Positions 52,492 through 61,372 of a DNA stretch of 64,000 bases are shown one piece after another. The position numbers and the translations under genes were made by a program. Below the pieces are notes generated by a model. It searched no databases and was not told the origin of the DNA. It saw only the letters and a list, made by a program, of their open reading frames with translations. Position 1 is the first letter of the stretch; every line of letters begins with the position of its first letter. Source of the stretch: Vicinamibacterales bacterium (GTDB lineage: Bacteria > Acidobacteriota > Vicinamibacteria > Vicinamibacterales > UBA8438); NCBI GenBank assembly GCA_965208165.1, contig OZ242323.1, positions 2,864,893 through 2,928,892 on the forward strand, given 5' to 3'.

Positions 52492-52640
52492 ATCGGCGCG
52501 GACTGCCGCGGACTGGTTGGGCGCCAGGCGGAGCCGCCGGGCGACGATTGGAGGGCGAGGAGTCCGCGCCGTGGAACGGCGCCGACTCCGGCAGGATTGG
52601 CCGGGCGCCAAGCGGAGCCGTCAGGCGACGATTGGAGGGC
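52476..52640 (+). repeat. Two tandem copies of the ~80-nt hairpin repeat family in the aroA-aroK spacer
   Basis: Copy 1: CAGTCCGCGCCG-tgaat-CGGCGCGGACTG (perfect 12-bp stem containing the aroA stop) + ...GGTTGGGCGCCAGGCGGAGCCGCCGGGCGACGATTGGAGGGC. Copy 2: GGAGTCCGCGCCGT-ggaa-CGGCGCCGACTCC + ...GATTGGCCGGGCGCCAAGCGGAGCCGTCAGGCGACGATTGGAGGGC. Confidence 0.9.
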
Positions 52641-52679
52641 GAGCCGCCCCCGGTTCCGGCCCGGACGCGGCGTCTGCCG

Positions 52680-53177
52680 ATGCGCACTGACAAGATCTAC
52701 CTGGTCGGGTTCATGGGCGCCGGCAAGAGCAGCGTCGCCGGCGCCCTCGGCGGGAAGCTGGGTTGGCGCGTCGAGGACATCGACGACCTCATCGAGACGC
52801 GCGAGGGCATGACCGTCGCCGACATCTTCTCGCGGCGCGGCGAGGCCTACTTCCGCCGCGTGGAACGGTCGGTGCTGGCCGCCCAGGTTCCGGTGCGTCA
52901 CGCGGTGGTCGCGACCGGCGGGGGCACCTACGCGGACCCCGCCAACCGCTCCCTGATCGATCGCGACGGCGTCTCGATCTGGCTTGATGTATCCTTGACG
53001 CAGGTCATCGAGCGATTGCCGAGCGACGGAAGACGACCGCTGGCCGCCGATCGAGCGGGCATGACGCGGCTCTTTCGCGACCGGCTGGCCGCCTACCGGC
53101 GCGCCCACGTCCGGCTGGACGCCGGCGCGCCGGTCGGAGATATCGTCGAACGGATCATCGACCGGCTGGAGTTGTAG
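52680..53177 (+). CDS. aroK: Shikimate kinase
   Basis: ATG 52680: MRTDKIYLVGFMGAGKSSVAGALG... (Walker A), ATGGG block. 165 aa. Confidence 0.9.
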   Translation: MRTDKIYLVGFMGAGKSSVAGALGGKLGWRVEDIDDLIETREGMTVADIFSRRGEAYFRRVERSVLAAQVPVRHAVVATGGGTYADPANRSLIDRDGVSIWLDVSLTQVIERLPSDGRRPLAADRAGMTRLFRDRLAAYRRAHVRLDAGAPVGDIVERIIDRLEL

Positions 53178-53289
53178 CCGGCCGACCTGGCGGGCAGCCG
53201 ACCGGCTCGATACCCGGCACCCGCGGTGAGGCCGCGCGTCGCGCCTGGATGAGGCGCGTCCGCGGGCCGGCGTGGCGAGGCCGTTCCCG

Positions 53290-54039
53290 ATGCGCTTCCT
53301 GATTCTCAGCGACATACACGGCAACATCGACGCTCTCGACGCGGTGCTCGCCCGCTCGCCGCCCGAGTCCTACGACCGCTTGCTGGTGCTGGGCGATCTG
53401 GTCGGCTACTGCGCGAACCCGAACGAGGTCGTCGAGCGCATCTTCCAGCTCGAGCCGGACGTCGTCATCCGGGGCAACCACGACAAGTTCTCGACCGGGG
53501 TGGCGGAGCCCGACGACTTCCGCCGGGTCTCGGCGGAGGCGGCGCGCTGGACCCACAGGGCCCTCACTTCTGAGAACCGGGAGCGGGTGGCGGCGCTGCC
53601 GGCGGGACCGAAGCGGGTGAACCGCGAGATAGAGGTGTGTCACGGCACGCTGTCGGACGAGGACACCTACATCGCCGACGAAGAGGACGCGATCCGGGCC
53701 TTCGAGGCCTCGCGACGCCCCATCTGCTTCTTCGGCCACACCCACGTGCCGGTGGCCTACGTGCAGCGGGGGTCCGACGTGGCGGTGACCCACCCCATAC
53801 CGGGCGGCCCCGACACCACCGTCATCAACGTGGACAAGAAGTGGCGCTATCTCGTCAACCCGGGCTCGGTGGGACAACCCCGCGACACCGACTCGCGGGC
53901 GTCCTACGCGGTCTACGACTCGAAGAGGCCGAGCATCGAGCTCCGGCGCGTGCCCTATCGCATCGACCTCGCGCAACAACGCATCACCGAGGTGGGGCTT
54001 CCCGAGAGCCTCGCCTTCAGGCTCGGCCTGGGTCGCTAG
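53290..54039 (+). CDS. Metallophosphoesterase (YfcE/MJ0936-like)
   Basis: MRFLILSDIHGN, GDLVGY, RGNHD, FFGHTH, NPGSVGQPRD. GTG 53272 is an alternative start. Confidence 0.85.
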   Translation: MRFLILSDIHGNIDALDAVLARSPPESYDRLLVLGDLVGYCANPNEVVERIFQLEPDVVIRGNHDKFSTGVAEPDDFRRVSAEAARWTHRALTSENRERVAALPAGPKRVNREIEVCHGTLSDEDTYIADEEDAIRAFEASRRPICFFGHTHVPVAYVQRGSDVAVTHPIPGGPDTTVINVDKKWRYLVNPGSVGQPRDTDSRASYAVYDSKRPSIELRRVPYRIDLAQQRITEVGLPESLAFRLGLGR

Positions 54040-54161
54040 TGGTGTGTCCGAGGAATGACTTTGTAGTTGTTCCCATGCAGCCGACGGACCGTGGAACCGC
54101 TGCACCGCGCCCGAAGGGCGCCAGCGAACAGGCCGAGGCGCCCGCCTGACAAGTGCCAAGG

Positions 54162-54193
54162 GCCTCCCGCGGCCCTCGACGCCCGCGGGAGGC
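54162..54193. terminator. 11-bp perfect GC hairpin between convergent genes (candidate bidirectional terminator)
   Basis: GCCTCCCGCGG-ccctcgacgc-CCGCGGGAGGC. No U-tract. Confidence 0.4.
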
Positions 54194-54200
54194 AACGGGG

Positions 54201-54356
54201 TCAGGCGTCCCGGGCCTTCCTCCGGGCGGCTCGCTCCTCGCGGCGCCGCAGCTCCGCCGCGTAGGCGTCCGCGGCGGCGCGGGACCCGAGGATCCAGCCG
54301 ACCACCAGCCCCAGCAGCAGGATGGCGGGAATGTAGACGAAGTGTCCGGCGGGCAT
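54201..54356 (-). CDS. Small (51 aa) single-TM protein at the distal end of the ccm operon (not in ORF track)
   Basis: Hand translation: MPAGHFVYIPAILLLGLVVGWILGSRAAADAYAAELRRREERAARRKARDA-stop. GAGG lies ~13 nt upstream and the ORF starts 14 nt after the ccmD-like stop. GC3-rich codon usage like its neighbours. Confidence 0.4.
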   Translation of the reverse strand: MPAGHFVYIPAILLLGLVVGWILGSRAAADAYAAELRRREERAARRKARDA

Positions 54357-54370
54357 CGTCGGGGGAAGCC

Positions 54371-54709
54371 TCAGCCGTCGTCGCGGTCTCCGATGCGGCG
54401 GTTCGCGTCGGCGAGCTCGGCCTCGACGGTGCCCAGCCGCTGCCAGATCGTCCAGAGGTAGCCGACGGCGATCGCCCAGACGACGGCGTAGGCGCCGGCC
54501 ACGAGGGGCGCCGCCGGCATCTGGTCCTCCGGCGGAATGTCGGCCATCGGCACGAAGCCGTCCTGGGCCGCGGTCGTGGCGGGCTGGGCCGCATCAAGCA
54601 CGGCCATGCCGGCCGCCGCGCCGACGACCAGCCCCAGCACCAGCACGCGGGACACACCCCATCGAGACGCCGCCCGCCGCGACGCGCCACGCAGACGCAG
54701 AATCCCCAC
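54371..54709 (-). CDS. ccmD: CcmD-like heme exporter small subunit (start uncertain)
   Basis: The C-terminal part APLVAGAYAVVWAIAVGYLWTIWQRLGTVEAELADANRRI fits CcmD (one TM plus a basic tail). GTG 54709 overlaps the ccmC stop; internal ATGs (MAVLD.., MADIPP..) are alternative starts. Confidence 0.55.
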   Translation of the reverse strand: MGILRLRGASRRAASRWGVSRVLVLGLVVGAAAGMAVLDAAQPATTAAQDGFVPMADIPPEDQMPAAPLVAGAYAVVWAIAVGYLWTIWQRLGTVEAELADANRRIGDRDDG

Positions 54710-55380
54710 TAGTCCTCCTCCAACGCCAGGTAGAGGCGATCGAGCGCCGCCCGCTGCTCTTCCAGCCGGGTCCGGGCCGCGAGCAGCGCCATGCACAACA
54801 CGATGAACCCGGCGAACGACCACCAGAGCGGAAGCCCGAAATCGACCGGGAGCGTGGGCACCACCGACGTGCGGGGATGAACGGTGCGCCAGATCTCGGT
54901 CGAGACGTAGAGGAACGGCACGTTGGCCATGGCGAAGATGCCGACTCCCGCCGCAAGCCGATCGGAACCGGCCCCGCCGTACTGGCGCAGGAGCAGATAG
55001 GCGACCAGGATCAGCTCCAGGATCACCGCCATCGTCAACCGGGCGTCCCACTGCCACCACACTCCCCAGGCCTTGATCCCCCACAGGGGCCCGGTGATGA
55101 GTCCCATCAGCCCGAACACCACCGCCAGCTCGGCCGCGGCGACGGCGAGGCGGTCGGCCGCCGGCTTCCCCCGGAACAGGTACTGCACGCTCGCGATGCC
55201 GAGCACGAAGACGGCGAGGAACATCGCCATCCACGCCGGGAAATGGAAGTAGAAGATCTTCTGCACCAGCCCCATCGTCGATTCGTAGGGCGCCCGGATG
55301 ATGACGATGGGAGCGGTCACGAAGAAGAAGGCCGACAGGCCCGCGAGCACGGGAAAGAAGCGTCGGTTCATCGCTGTCAT
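54709..55380 (-). CDS. ccmC: Heme exporter protein CcmC
   Basis: Trp-rich WGVWWQWDARLT motif. ATG 55380 overlaps the ccmB stop (ATGA). Confidence 0.9.
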   Translation of the reverse strand: MTAMNRRFFPVLAGLSAFFFVTAPIVIIRAPYESTMGLVQKIFYFHFPAWMAMFLAVFVLGIASVQYLFRGKPAADRLAVAAAELAVVFGLMGLITGPLWGIKAWGVWWQWDARLTMAVILELILVAYLLLRQYGGAGSDRLAAGVGIFAMANVPFLYVSTEIWRTVHPRTSVVPTLPVDFGLPLWWSFAGFIVLCMALLAARTRLEEQRAALDRLYLALEED

Positions 55381-56060
55381 TCTGTCATGACCGGCTCGAA
55401 TGTCCATAGCGCGAGGGTCAGGAACACCGCGTCGAAGAAGAACAGCAGGCCGATCCAGAGCCGCGCCATCGCGAGGTTCGGCTCGGGGTCGATGAGCACC
55501 GCGGTGCCGCTGACCCCCATGATCAGCACCGGGATGGTAACCGGATACAGCAGCACCGGCAGCAGGACGGCGCGGCTGCGGGCGCGCACGAGCATCGCCG
55601 AGAACAGGGTCCCCACGCTCGCGAACCCCAGGGTGCCGAGCGACAGCAGCGCGAAGAGCCGAACCGGATGCCGGAACAGCGGGGCCTCGAACAGGAACGC
55701 CACCATGACCGTCACGATCGCCTCGACCACCGCCAGGAGCAGCAGCAGGCCCACCAGCTTGCCGACGTAGATGGCGGGGCGGGCCACCGGCGCCAGCAGC
55801 AGGCCCCGCAGGGCGTCGTGATACCGCTCCCGCTCGAAGGCGCGGCCGAGAGCCAGGGTGCCGGAAAAGGCGATGGCGATCCAGAGGATGCCCGCCGCCG
55901 CCCCCTCCACCGCGCGCCCGGCCCGGACGAAGCCGAACGAGAACACCAGCACGCAGGAGATGGCGAAGAAGACGGTCGTGAACAGCAGCTCGCGGCTGCG
56001 CGACTCGACGCGCAGGTCCTTGCGGACGACGAGCCAGGCCACCCGCAGGAACTCCCTCAT
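55377..56060 (-). CDS. ccmB: Heme exporter protein CcmB
   Basis: 227 aa, six hydrophobic segments, between ccmA and ccmC. ATGA overlap with the ccmA stop. Confidence 0.85.
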   Translation of the reverse strand: MREFLRVAWLVVRKDLRVESRSRELLFTTVFFAISCVLVFSFGFVRAGRAVEGAAAGILWIAIAFSGTLALGRAFERERYHDALRGLLLAPVARPAIYVGKLVGLLLLLAVVEAIVTVMVAFLFEAPLFRHPVRLFALLSLGTLGFASVGTLFSAMLVRARSRAVLLPVLLYPVTIPVLIMGVSGTAVLIDPEPNLAMARLWIGLLFFFDAVFLTLALWTFEPVMTE

Positions 56061-56782
56061 CGCGCGCCCCCGGCCGCGACGGCGGCCCGGTACCGCTCGC
56101 GCAGCGTCCCCTCGCCCCCGAGGGGCCGCAACCGGCCCGCCCGCAGCAGGAGCGCCCGGTCGAGGAGGCCGTCGACGATGTCGAGGTCGTGGGTGGCGAG
56201 CACGACGATGCGCCCCTTGGCCCGCAGGTCCCCGAGCCGCGCCACGAGCCGGCCGCAGGACGCCTCGTCGAGCCCCGTGAACGGCTCGTCGAACAGGGCC
56301 AGGCGCGGGTCGTGCAGCAGCGCGCGCTCCAGGGCCAGCCGCTGCCGCATGCCGCGCGAGAACCCCTCGACCACGTCGTCGGCGCGGTCTTCGAGACCGG
56401 CCCGGGCCAGGGCCTGCGCGGCCGCGCGCCGGGGGTCGTCGACGCCGTGGAGCCCCGCGAAGAACTCCAGGTTCTCGCGGGCCGACAGCTCCGGATACAG
56501 CTGCAGATCGTGGGAGAGGAAACCGATGTGGCCGCGGAGCGCCGCGCCCGCCTCGCCGGCCGTCGCCGAGCCGTAGCGCACGCTCCCCGCGGAGGGCGCG
56601 GCGAGGGTCGCGAGCACCGACAGCAGGGTCGACTTGCCGGCCCCGTTCGGGCCGAGCAGCCCGACGATCTCGCCGGCCGCGCAGTCGAACGTCACGCGGG
56701 ACAGGGCGCGACGGCGCCCAAAATGACGGGACACTCCGGCCACCGCGATCCGCTCGAAGTCGACGGGGTTGGGAATCGGCAC
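56057..56782 (-). CDS. ccmA: Heme exporter ATP-binding protein CcmA
   Basis: Walker A GPNGAGKST, signature-like FSRGMRQRL, Walker B LALFDEP. No nearby ATG; GTG 56782 chosen (ATG 56863 possible). Confidence 0.8.
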   Translation of the reverse strand: MPIPNPVDFERIAVAGVSRHFGRRRALSRVTFDCAAGEIVGLLGPNGAGKSTLLSVLATLAAPSAGSVRYGSATAGEAGAALRGHIGFLSHDLQLYPELSARENLEFFAGLHGVDDPRRAAAQALARAGLEDRADDVVEGFSRGMRQRLALERALLHDPRLALFDEPFTGLDEASCGRLVARLGDLRAKGRIVVLATHDLDIVDGLLDRALLLRAGRLRPLGGEGTLRERYRAAVAAGGAR

Positions 56783-57001
56783 TCGGCTCTCAACACCCGG
56801 CCGGTCCAGACGCGAGAGCCCCGGCCCGCGGCCCCGACCCTCCGCGAGACCCCGGGAGCCCATGGTGAAGGAACCGGGATTCGACCGGCCGGGCGCCGGG
56901 CGCCCCGTCGATCCGCCGGCGCCCTCCGGGAGCGGTGCAACCCGGTGCCTCACGAGCTCGCAGCCGGTTGCAAGTCACCAATCGAGCCCCGAGCGCCGCG
57001 A

Positions 57002-58285
57002 TCAAGCGGGCGCCTGACCCGAAACGGCCGCCGCGACGCCGACCGCGAGACCCTCGTCCAACTCCCGCAGGACGTCCTGGAGCTGGTCGATCAACTCGGC
57101 CCGCCGCGTCCCGTACCGCGTGGACTTGATCCGGCCCTGCCGATGCTGCCGCTCCACCTTGACGAGCTCGGTGAACAGCTTCTCGCGGCGGCGCTCCAGG
57201 GTCTCGCGCCGGTTCGGCTCCGCCGGGCCTCCGGCCCCCGAAGACCCCACGAACCCGATGGCGACGATGAGCGCCGACAACGCCAGGGTGACGATGCGGG
57301 GCCATCCACTGTGGTGGGGCAGGCCGCTCAGCTCCAGGACCACCGGCTCCCCCGCCGGCACCCGCCGGCCGGCGCCCCAGATCAGGGCCGACAGTCCCGT
57401 CTCGTCGGCGCCCATCTCGCCGCGCCGCTCGATCTGGGCCGACGCCACGTCTAGCGCGCCCCACTGCTCGACGAAGACCAGCAACTGCTCGAAGTCCGCG
57501 GGAAAGATCTGCGACAGCACGAGGTCGCCTCCCGAGTAGGGCAGGATGCAGGCCACGTGCACCGGGGTCACCCCCGGCTCGAAGGCACCCTGCACCCACA
57601 CCCGCGGGCCGTCGACGAGGGTCCGCGGCGTGGAGCCCTGCAACACCGTCCCTGCCTGCGCCCCCGGCGGCAACCGGAACTCGAACGGCAGCTCGGGCTC
57701 GACCGGCCACGGCGACTGGTTGAACACGTCGAGCAGGTAGTACACCTCGATCTGCTCTTCGCCGAGCTCGACGAGGATGCGCGATTCCTGGCTCAGGGTC
57801 ACCCGGCCCGTGCGCGCCTCGGGACGGGCGTCGGCGTCGCCGGGGTCGCCCGACGCCCCCACCAGCAGGACCGCCACCCCGCCCCGGCCCGGCGCCGCGA
57901 ACCGCAGCGACTCCAGCGCCACCCCGTCGAGCTCGGTCGCCACCGTCACCTGCTCGCCCGGGTTCAGGGTCAGGAAGGTCGCCCGGCCTTCCCCGTCCGT
58001 GTCCGCCGTCGACACCCGGTCGCCGGCCCTGAGCTCGACCGTCTGACCGGCCACGTTGTTCGCGAAGCTGCCGCGGATGACCCGCACCGTGATCGACCCG
58101 TCCGAGAGGTTGGGGTCGGGGCGGGGAATCCCCGACATCTGCCGCGGGTCCGGCTGGGCGAGCACGGACGCGGCGGCGAAGCACAGCAGCACGACGGCGG
58201 CGACCGGACCCGTCGCTCCCGTCGCGCGCCGCGGAAGCCTCCCGGCGCCCGGAACGGTCCGGACGCGGCGAGCGGTCCCGTTCAT
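57002..58285 (-). CDS. Secreted carboxypeptidase-regulatory-like (beta-sandwich) domain protein with C-terminal TM anchor and coiled tail
   Basis: ATG 58285 overlaps the upstream stop (ATGA). Signal ...LLCFAAASVLAQPD. GSITVRVIRGSF..VAGQTVELRAGDRVSTADTDGEGRATF is CarboxypepD_reg-like. TM IVTLALSALIVAIGFVG, then RRETLERRREKLFTELVKVERQHRQGRI. Confidence 0.5.
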   Translation of the reverse strand: MNGTARRVRTVPGAGRLPRRATGATGPVAAVVLLCFAAASVLAQPDPRQMSGIPRPDPNLSDGSITVRVIRGSFANNVAGQTVELRAGDRVSTADTDGEGRATFLTLNPGEQVTVATELDGVALESLRFAAPGRGGVAVLLVGASGDPGDADARPEARTGRVTLSQESRILVELGEEQIEVYYLLDVFNQSPWPVEPELPFEFRLPPGAQAGTVLQGSTPRTLVDGPRVWVQGAFEPGVTPVHVACILPYSGGDLVLSQIFPADFEQLLVFVEQWGALDVASAQIERRGEMGADETGLSALIWGAGRRVPAGEPVVLELSGLPHHSGWPRIVTLALSALIVAIGFVGSSGAGGPAEPNRRETLERRREKLFTELVKVERQHRQGRIKSTRYGTRRAELIDQLQDVLRELDEGLAVGVAAAVSGQAPA

Positions 58286-58860
58286 GCCACCGCCCCCGTC
58301 AGCTCCGCGCCGCACTCCTTGCAGAAACGGGCGTCCCTGTCGTTGGAAGTCCCGCAGCCGCCGCAGGTCCGACTCGCGACGCCGGACGCGGCCGCCGCCG
58401 GCTCCGGCTGGCGGCCCATCCGCTCCTCCAGCTCGCGCTCGATGACCGCGAGGAAGTCGACCGCCTCGACGTCGAGCTGCTTCATGAGGCGGATCGCCCG
58501 CGCCCGGAGTCGCCCGCCCATCTCCTGGAAGTCGGCGTCCGACACCTTGCCCATGGCGCGGTCGAACTCGAGCTCCTTGATGGACCGCAGCACCAGGGTC
58601 TTCTCGCGCTCCACCGCGGCCCGGCTCCGCGAGCCGGCCATCACCGTCGTCTCCTGGAAGGTGCCCTGGGTGAGCGGCATGATCGCCCGGTAGATCATCA
58701 GCCCCACGAAGCCGGCCGCGCCGACGGCCAGGGTCAGCAGGATCGCGGCGACCGGGTCCGACGGCCTCCCGACGAGGATCGCGACCGTGGCCGCCACCAG
58801 GGCGGCGAGGACGAACAGGTGCCAGGGGCGGAAGGAGGAGGTGTCGATGGCCCGCTTCAT
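58282..58860 (-). CDS. Two-TM protein with CcmI-N-like helical segment and C-terminal zinc ribbon
   Basis: 192 aa. TMs WHLFVLAALVAATVAILV and ILLTLAVGAAGFVGLMIY. LRSIKELEFDRAMGKVSDADFQEMGGRLRARAIRLM. C-terminus CGGCGTSNDRDARFCKECG (CxxC..CxxC). Confidence 0.5.
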   Translation of the reverse strand: MKRAIDTSSFRPWHLFVLAALVAATVAILVGRPSDPVAAILLTLAVGAAGFVGLMIYRAIMPLTQGTFQETTVMAGSRSRAAVEREKTLVLRSIKELEFDRAMGKVSDADFQEMGGRLRARAIRLMKQLDVEAVDFLAVIERELEERMGRQPEPAAAASGVASRTCGGCGTSNDRDARFCKECGAELTGAVA

Positions 58861-58864
58861 GGAG

Positions 58865-61372
58865 TCAGTCGAGGTCCCGCAGCTCGTCGTCCAGACGGGC
58901 TTCGAGAAGGTCGCGCTCCTCGTCGGGGCGGCCGTCGTCCGACGGCGGCGCCTGGTCGCCGGGACGCGTCCAGCGCACCAGGGCGGCGCCCAGCGCTACC
59001 GCGCCCGTCGCGGCCAGGAAGTACGGAAAGAGCCACGCGAGACGGTTAAAGCCCTCGTCGAGGGGCGCGGCGAGCGCCTCCTGGCTCTGGTGCTTGTCGA
59101 TGTAGAAGCGGAGCACCTCGTCGCGGGTCAGCCCCTCGGCGACCAGGTTCCTGAGCTCCTCGCGGGTGGCGGAAGCCTCGGCGCACGTGCACTCGGCGAG
59201 GATCTTCTTGCCGCACCCCGGGCTGCCGCACATGCAGACGAGCGAGCGCTGCAGGTCGAGCTCGAGCGCGCTCGCGGGGACGTTGGCGTCCTGCAGGGCG
59301 CCCTCGATCGCGACCGGTTGGGCCGCGGCGACCGCGGGCAGCATGGCCGTCAGCCCGAACGCGAGCAGCGCCATCGTCGCCGTCGACGCGGTCGCGGCCC
59401 CCTCCGGCACGGTCGCCCCCGCGTAGGCGAAGGCGCTCTCGGGCAGCAGCGCGATGCCCGTGCCCAGCGCCAGCACCGTGAAACCGAACCAGATCCAGTT
59501 CACCAGGGGGTTCACGGTGATCTGGAAGCTCGCGGCCTGATCGCTGAGCTCGTAGCCGGCGAGCACGATGTAGAGGTCGTCGGCGATCGTCCTCCGCATC
59601 GCGACCTCGGTCGTCGGCTCGGTCTCGTGCTTGAAGAAGAACCAGCGCGCCGGGTAGAGCTCGCCGACGACCTCGTCGTCCTCGAGCACCGTCATGTGGG
59701 CGGTGATCATCTGCTTCTGCGAGTCGGTGTTCTGGCTCAACCGGTCGTAGCGCACGGTGTAGGGCCCCAGCTCGTGCGCGTCTCCCGGCTTCAGCAGCAC
59801 CTGCGAGTCGAGCTTGTAGCCGGCCCCCGCGAAGCCGAGGAACATCAGCACGATGCCGACGTGCACGACGTAGCCGCCGTAGCGGCGCCGCGACCGGGCC
59901 ACGAGCCCGATCATCGCCGTCATCAGGTCCGTCCCCGTCGCCTCCCGCCGCACCGCCGCGCCGCGGATGAACTCCTGGCTGATGGTCCCGACCACGAACG
60001 CACACAGGGCGAAGCACAGCCCCGACACCCAGACCCGGAAGCCGAGCGCATACAGGCCGACGCCCGTGACCACCGCGAGCACCACCGGCCACATGAACTG
60101 GTAGCGCAGGTTCGAGGGCGACGACCGCCGCCACGCCAGCAGCGGCCCGATGCCGGTCAGGGTCAGCAGGATGAGGCCGATCGGCAGCATCCACTTCGTG
60201 AAGAACGGCGGCCCCACCGTCAGCCGCATGCCCGTGACCGCCTCGCTCAGGGTGGGGAACATCGTCGCGAACAGCACGAAGACGGCCGAGAACAGCAGAA
60301 TCCAGTTGTTCACGAGGAACGCGGCCTCGCGCGACACCCATGATTCGAGCTCGTTCCGCGCCCGCAGCAGCGGCAGCCGGTAGATCACCAACCCGAAGCT
60401 GAAGATCAACAGGACGACCATGAAGATCGTGAACATCCACGCCAGCGCGATGTCCTGGCCGAACGCATGCACCGACTGCACGATCCCCGACCGGGTCATG
60501 AACGTTCCGAAAATGGTGAGGAAGAACGTCAGGATGACGAGCGTCATGTTCCACACGCGGAGCATGCTGCGCCGCTCCTGCACCATCACCGAGTGGAGAA
60601 ACGCGGTCGCCGTGAACCACGGCAGCAGGCCGGCGTTCTCGACCGGGTCCCAGCCCCAGTAGCCGCCCCAGCCGAGCTCCTCGTAGGCCCAGATCATCCC
60701 CAGCGTCAGCCCCAGCGACAGGAACAGCCAGGACATCATCGTCCACCGGCGCACCGCCCGCAGCCACGAGTCGTCGAGGTGCCCGGTGATCAGCGCCGCC
60801 ATCCCGAAGGCGAACGGAATCGTCATCCCGACGAAGCCCGTGTAGAGCGACGGCGGGTGAATCGCCATGTAGGGGTTCTGGAGCAGCGGGTTGAGCCCCC
60901 GCCCGTCGAGTGGCGCCTGAGTCAGGTAGGTCGCGAAGGGGTTCTTGTGCACGATCATCACGAACAGGAAGAACATCTGCACGACCGCGATGACCGCGAC
61001 GACGTAGGGAATCAGCTCGCGCTGCCGCTCCCGGTTCGAGTAGACGGCGGCCGACCCGAAGGCGGCGAGCAGCGTCACCCAGAACATGATCGACCCGTCG
61101 AGCCCGCCCCAGTACGACGTGAACTGGTAGAACAGCGGCTGGGCCGAATCGGAGTACTGGTCGACGTAGCGGATCGAGTAGTCCTCGGTGATGAAGGCGT
61201 GGATGATGACGGCCGACGCCAGGAGCATCAGCGCGGTGACGAGGTACGAGGCGCCGATGCCGCTCTCGATCAGCCGGGTCGAGCGGCGGCGCGCCCCCGC
61301 CACCGAGATGACGGCGGCGTAGGTGCAGACGACGAAGGCGGCCAGGAGGGTGAACGAGCCCAGGGATGCCAT
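58865..61372 (-). CDS. ccmF: Cytochrome c heme lyase CcmF fused in frame to a CcmH-like domain
   Basis: 835 aa. CcmF body with the W-rich WGGYWGWDPVENA motif. From the in-frame ATG at 59374, a signal-like MALLAFGLTAMLPAVAAAQP followed by LVCMCGSPGCGKKILAECTCAEASATREELRNLVAEGLTRDEVLRFYIDKH and a TM, i.e. CcmH-like architecture. Confidence 0.85.
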   Translation of the reverse strand: MASLGSFTLLAAFVVCTYAAVISVAGARRRSTRLIESGIGASYLVTALMLLASAVIIHAFITEDYSIRYVDQYSDSAQPLFYQFTSYWGGLDGSIMFWVTLLAAFGSAAVYSNRERQRELIPYVVAVIAVVQMFFLFVMIVHKNPFATYLTQAPLDGRGLNPLLQNPYMAIHPPSLYTGFVGMTIPFAFGMAALITGHLDDSWLRAVRRWTMMSWLFLSLGLTLGMIWAYEELGWGGYWGWDPVENAGLLPWFTATAFLHSVMVQERRSMLRVWNMTLVILTFFLTIFGTFMTRSGIVQSVHAFGQDIALAWMFTIFMVVLLIFSFGLVIYRLPLLRARNELESWVSREAAFLVNNWILLFSAVFVLFATMFPTLSEAVTGMRLTVGPPFFTKWMLPIGLILLTLTGIGPLLAWRRSSPSNLRYQFMWPVVLAVVTGVGLYALGFRVWVSGLCFALCAFVVGTISQEFIRGAAVRREATGTDLMTAMIGLVARSRRRYGGYVVHVGIVLMFLGFAGAGYKLDSQVLLKPGDAHELGPYTVRYDRLSQNTDSQKQMITAHMTVLEDDEVVGELYPARWFFFKHETEPTTEVAMRRTIADDLYIVLAGYELSDQAASFQITVNPLVNWIWFGFTVLALGTGIALLPESAFAYAGATVPEGAATASTATMALLAFGLTAMLPAVAAAQPVAIEGALQDANVPASALELDLQRSLVCMCGSPGCGKKILAECTCAEASATREELRNLVAEGLTRDEVLRFYIDKHQSQEALAAPLDEGFNRLAWLFPYFLAATGAVALGAALVRWTRPGDQAPPSDDGRPDEERDLLEARLDDELRDLD

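Noticed and set aside
54075-54149. 24-aa ORF (MQPTDRGTAAPRPKGASEQAEAPA) in the lower-GC patch after the metallophosphoesterase gene
   Set aside because: No SD, no hydrophobic or Cys pattern, and too short to support without conservation data.
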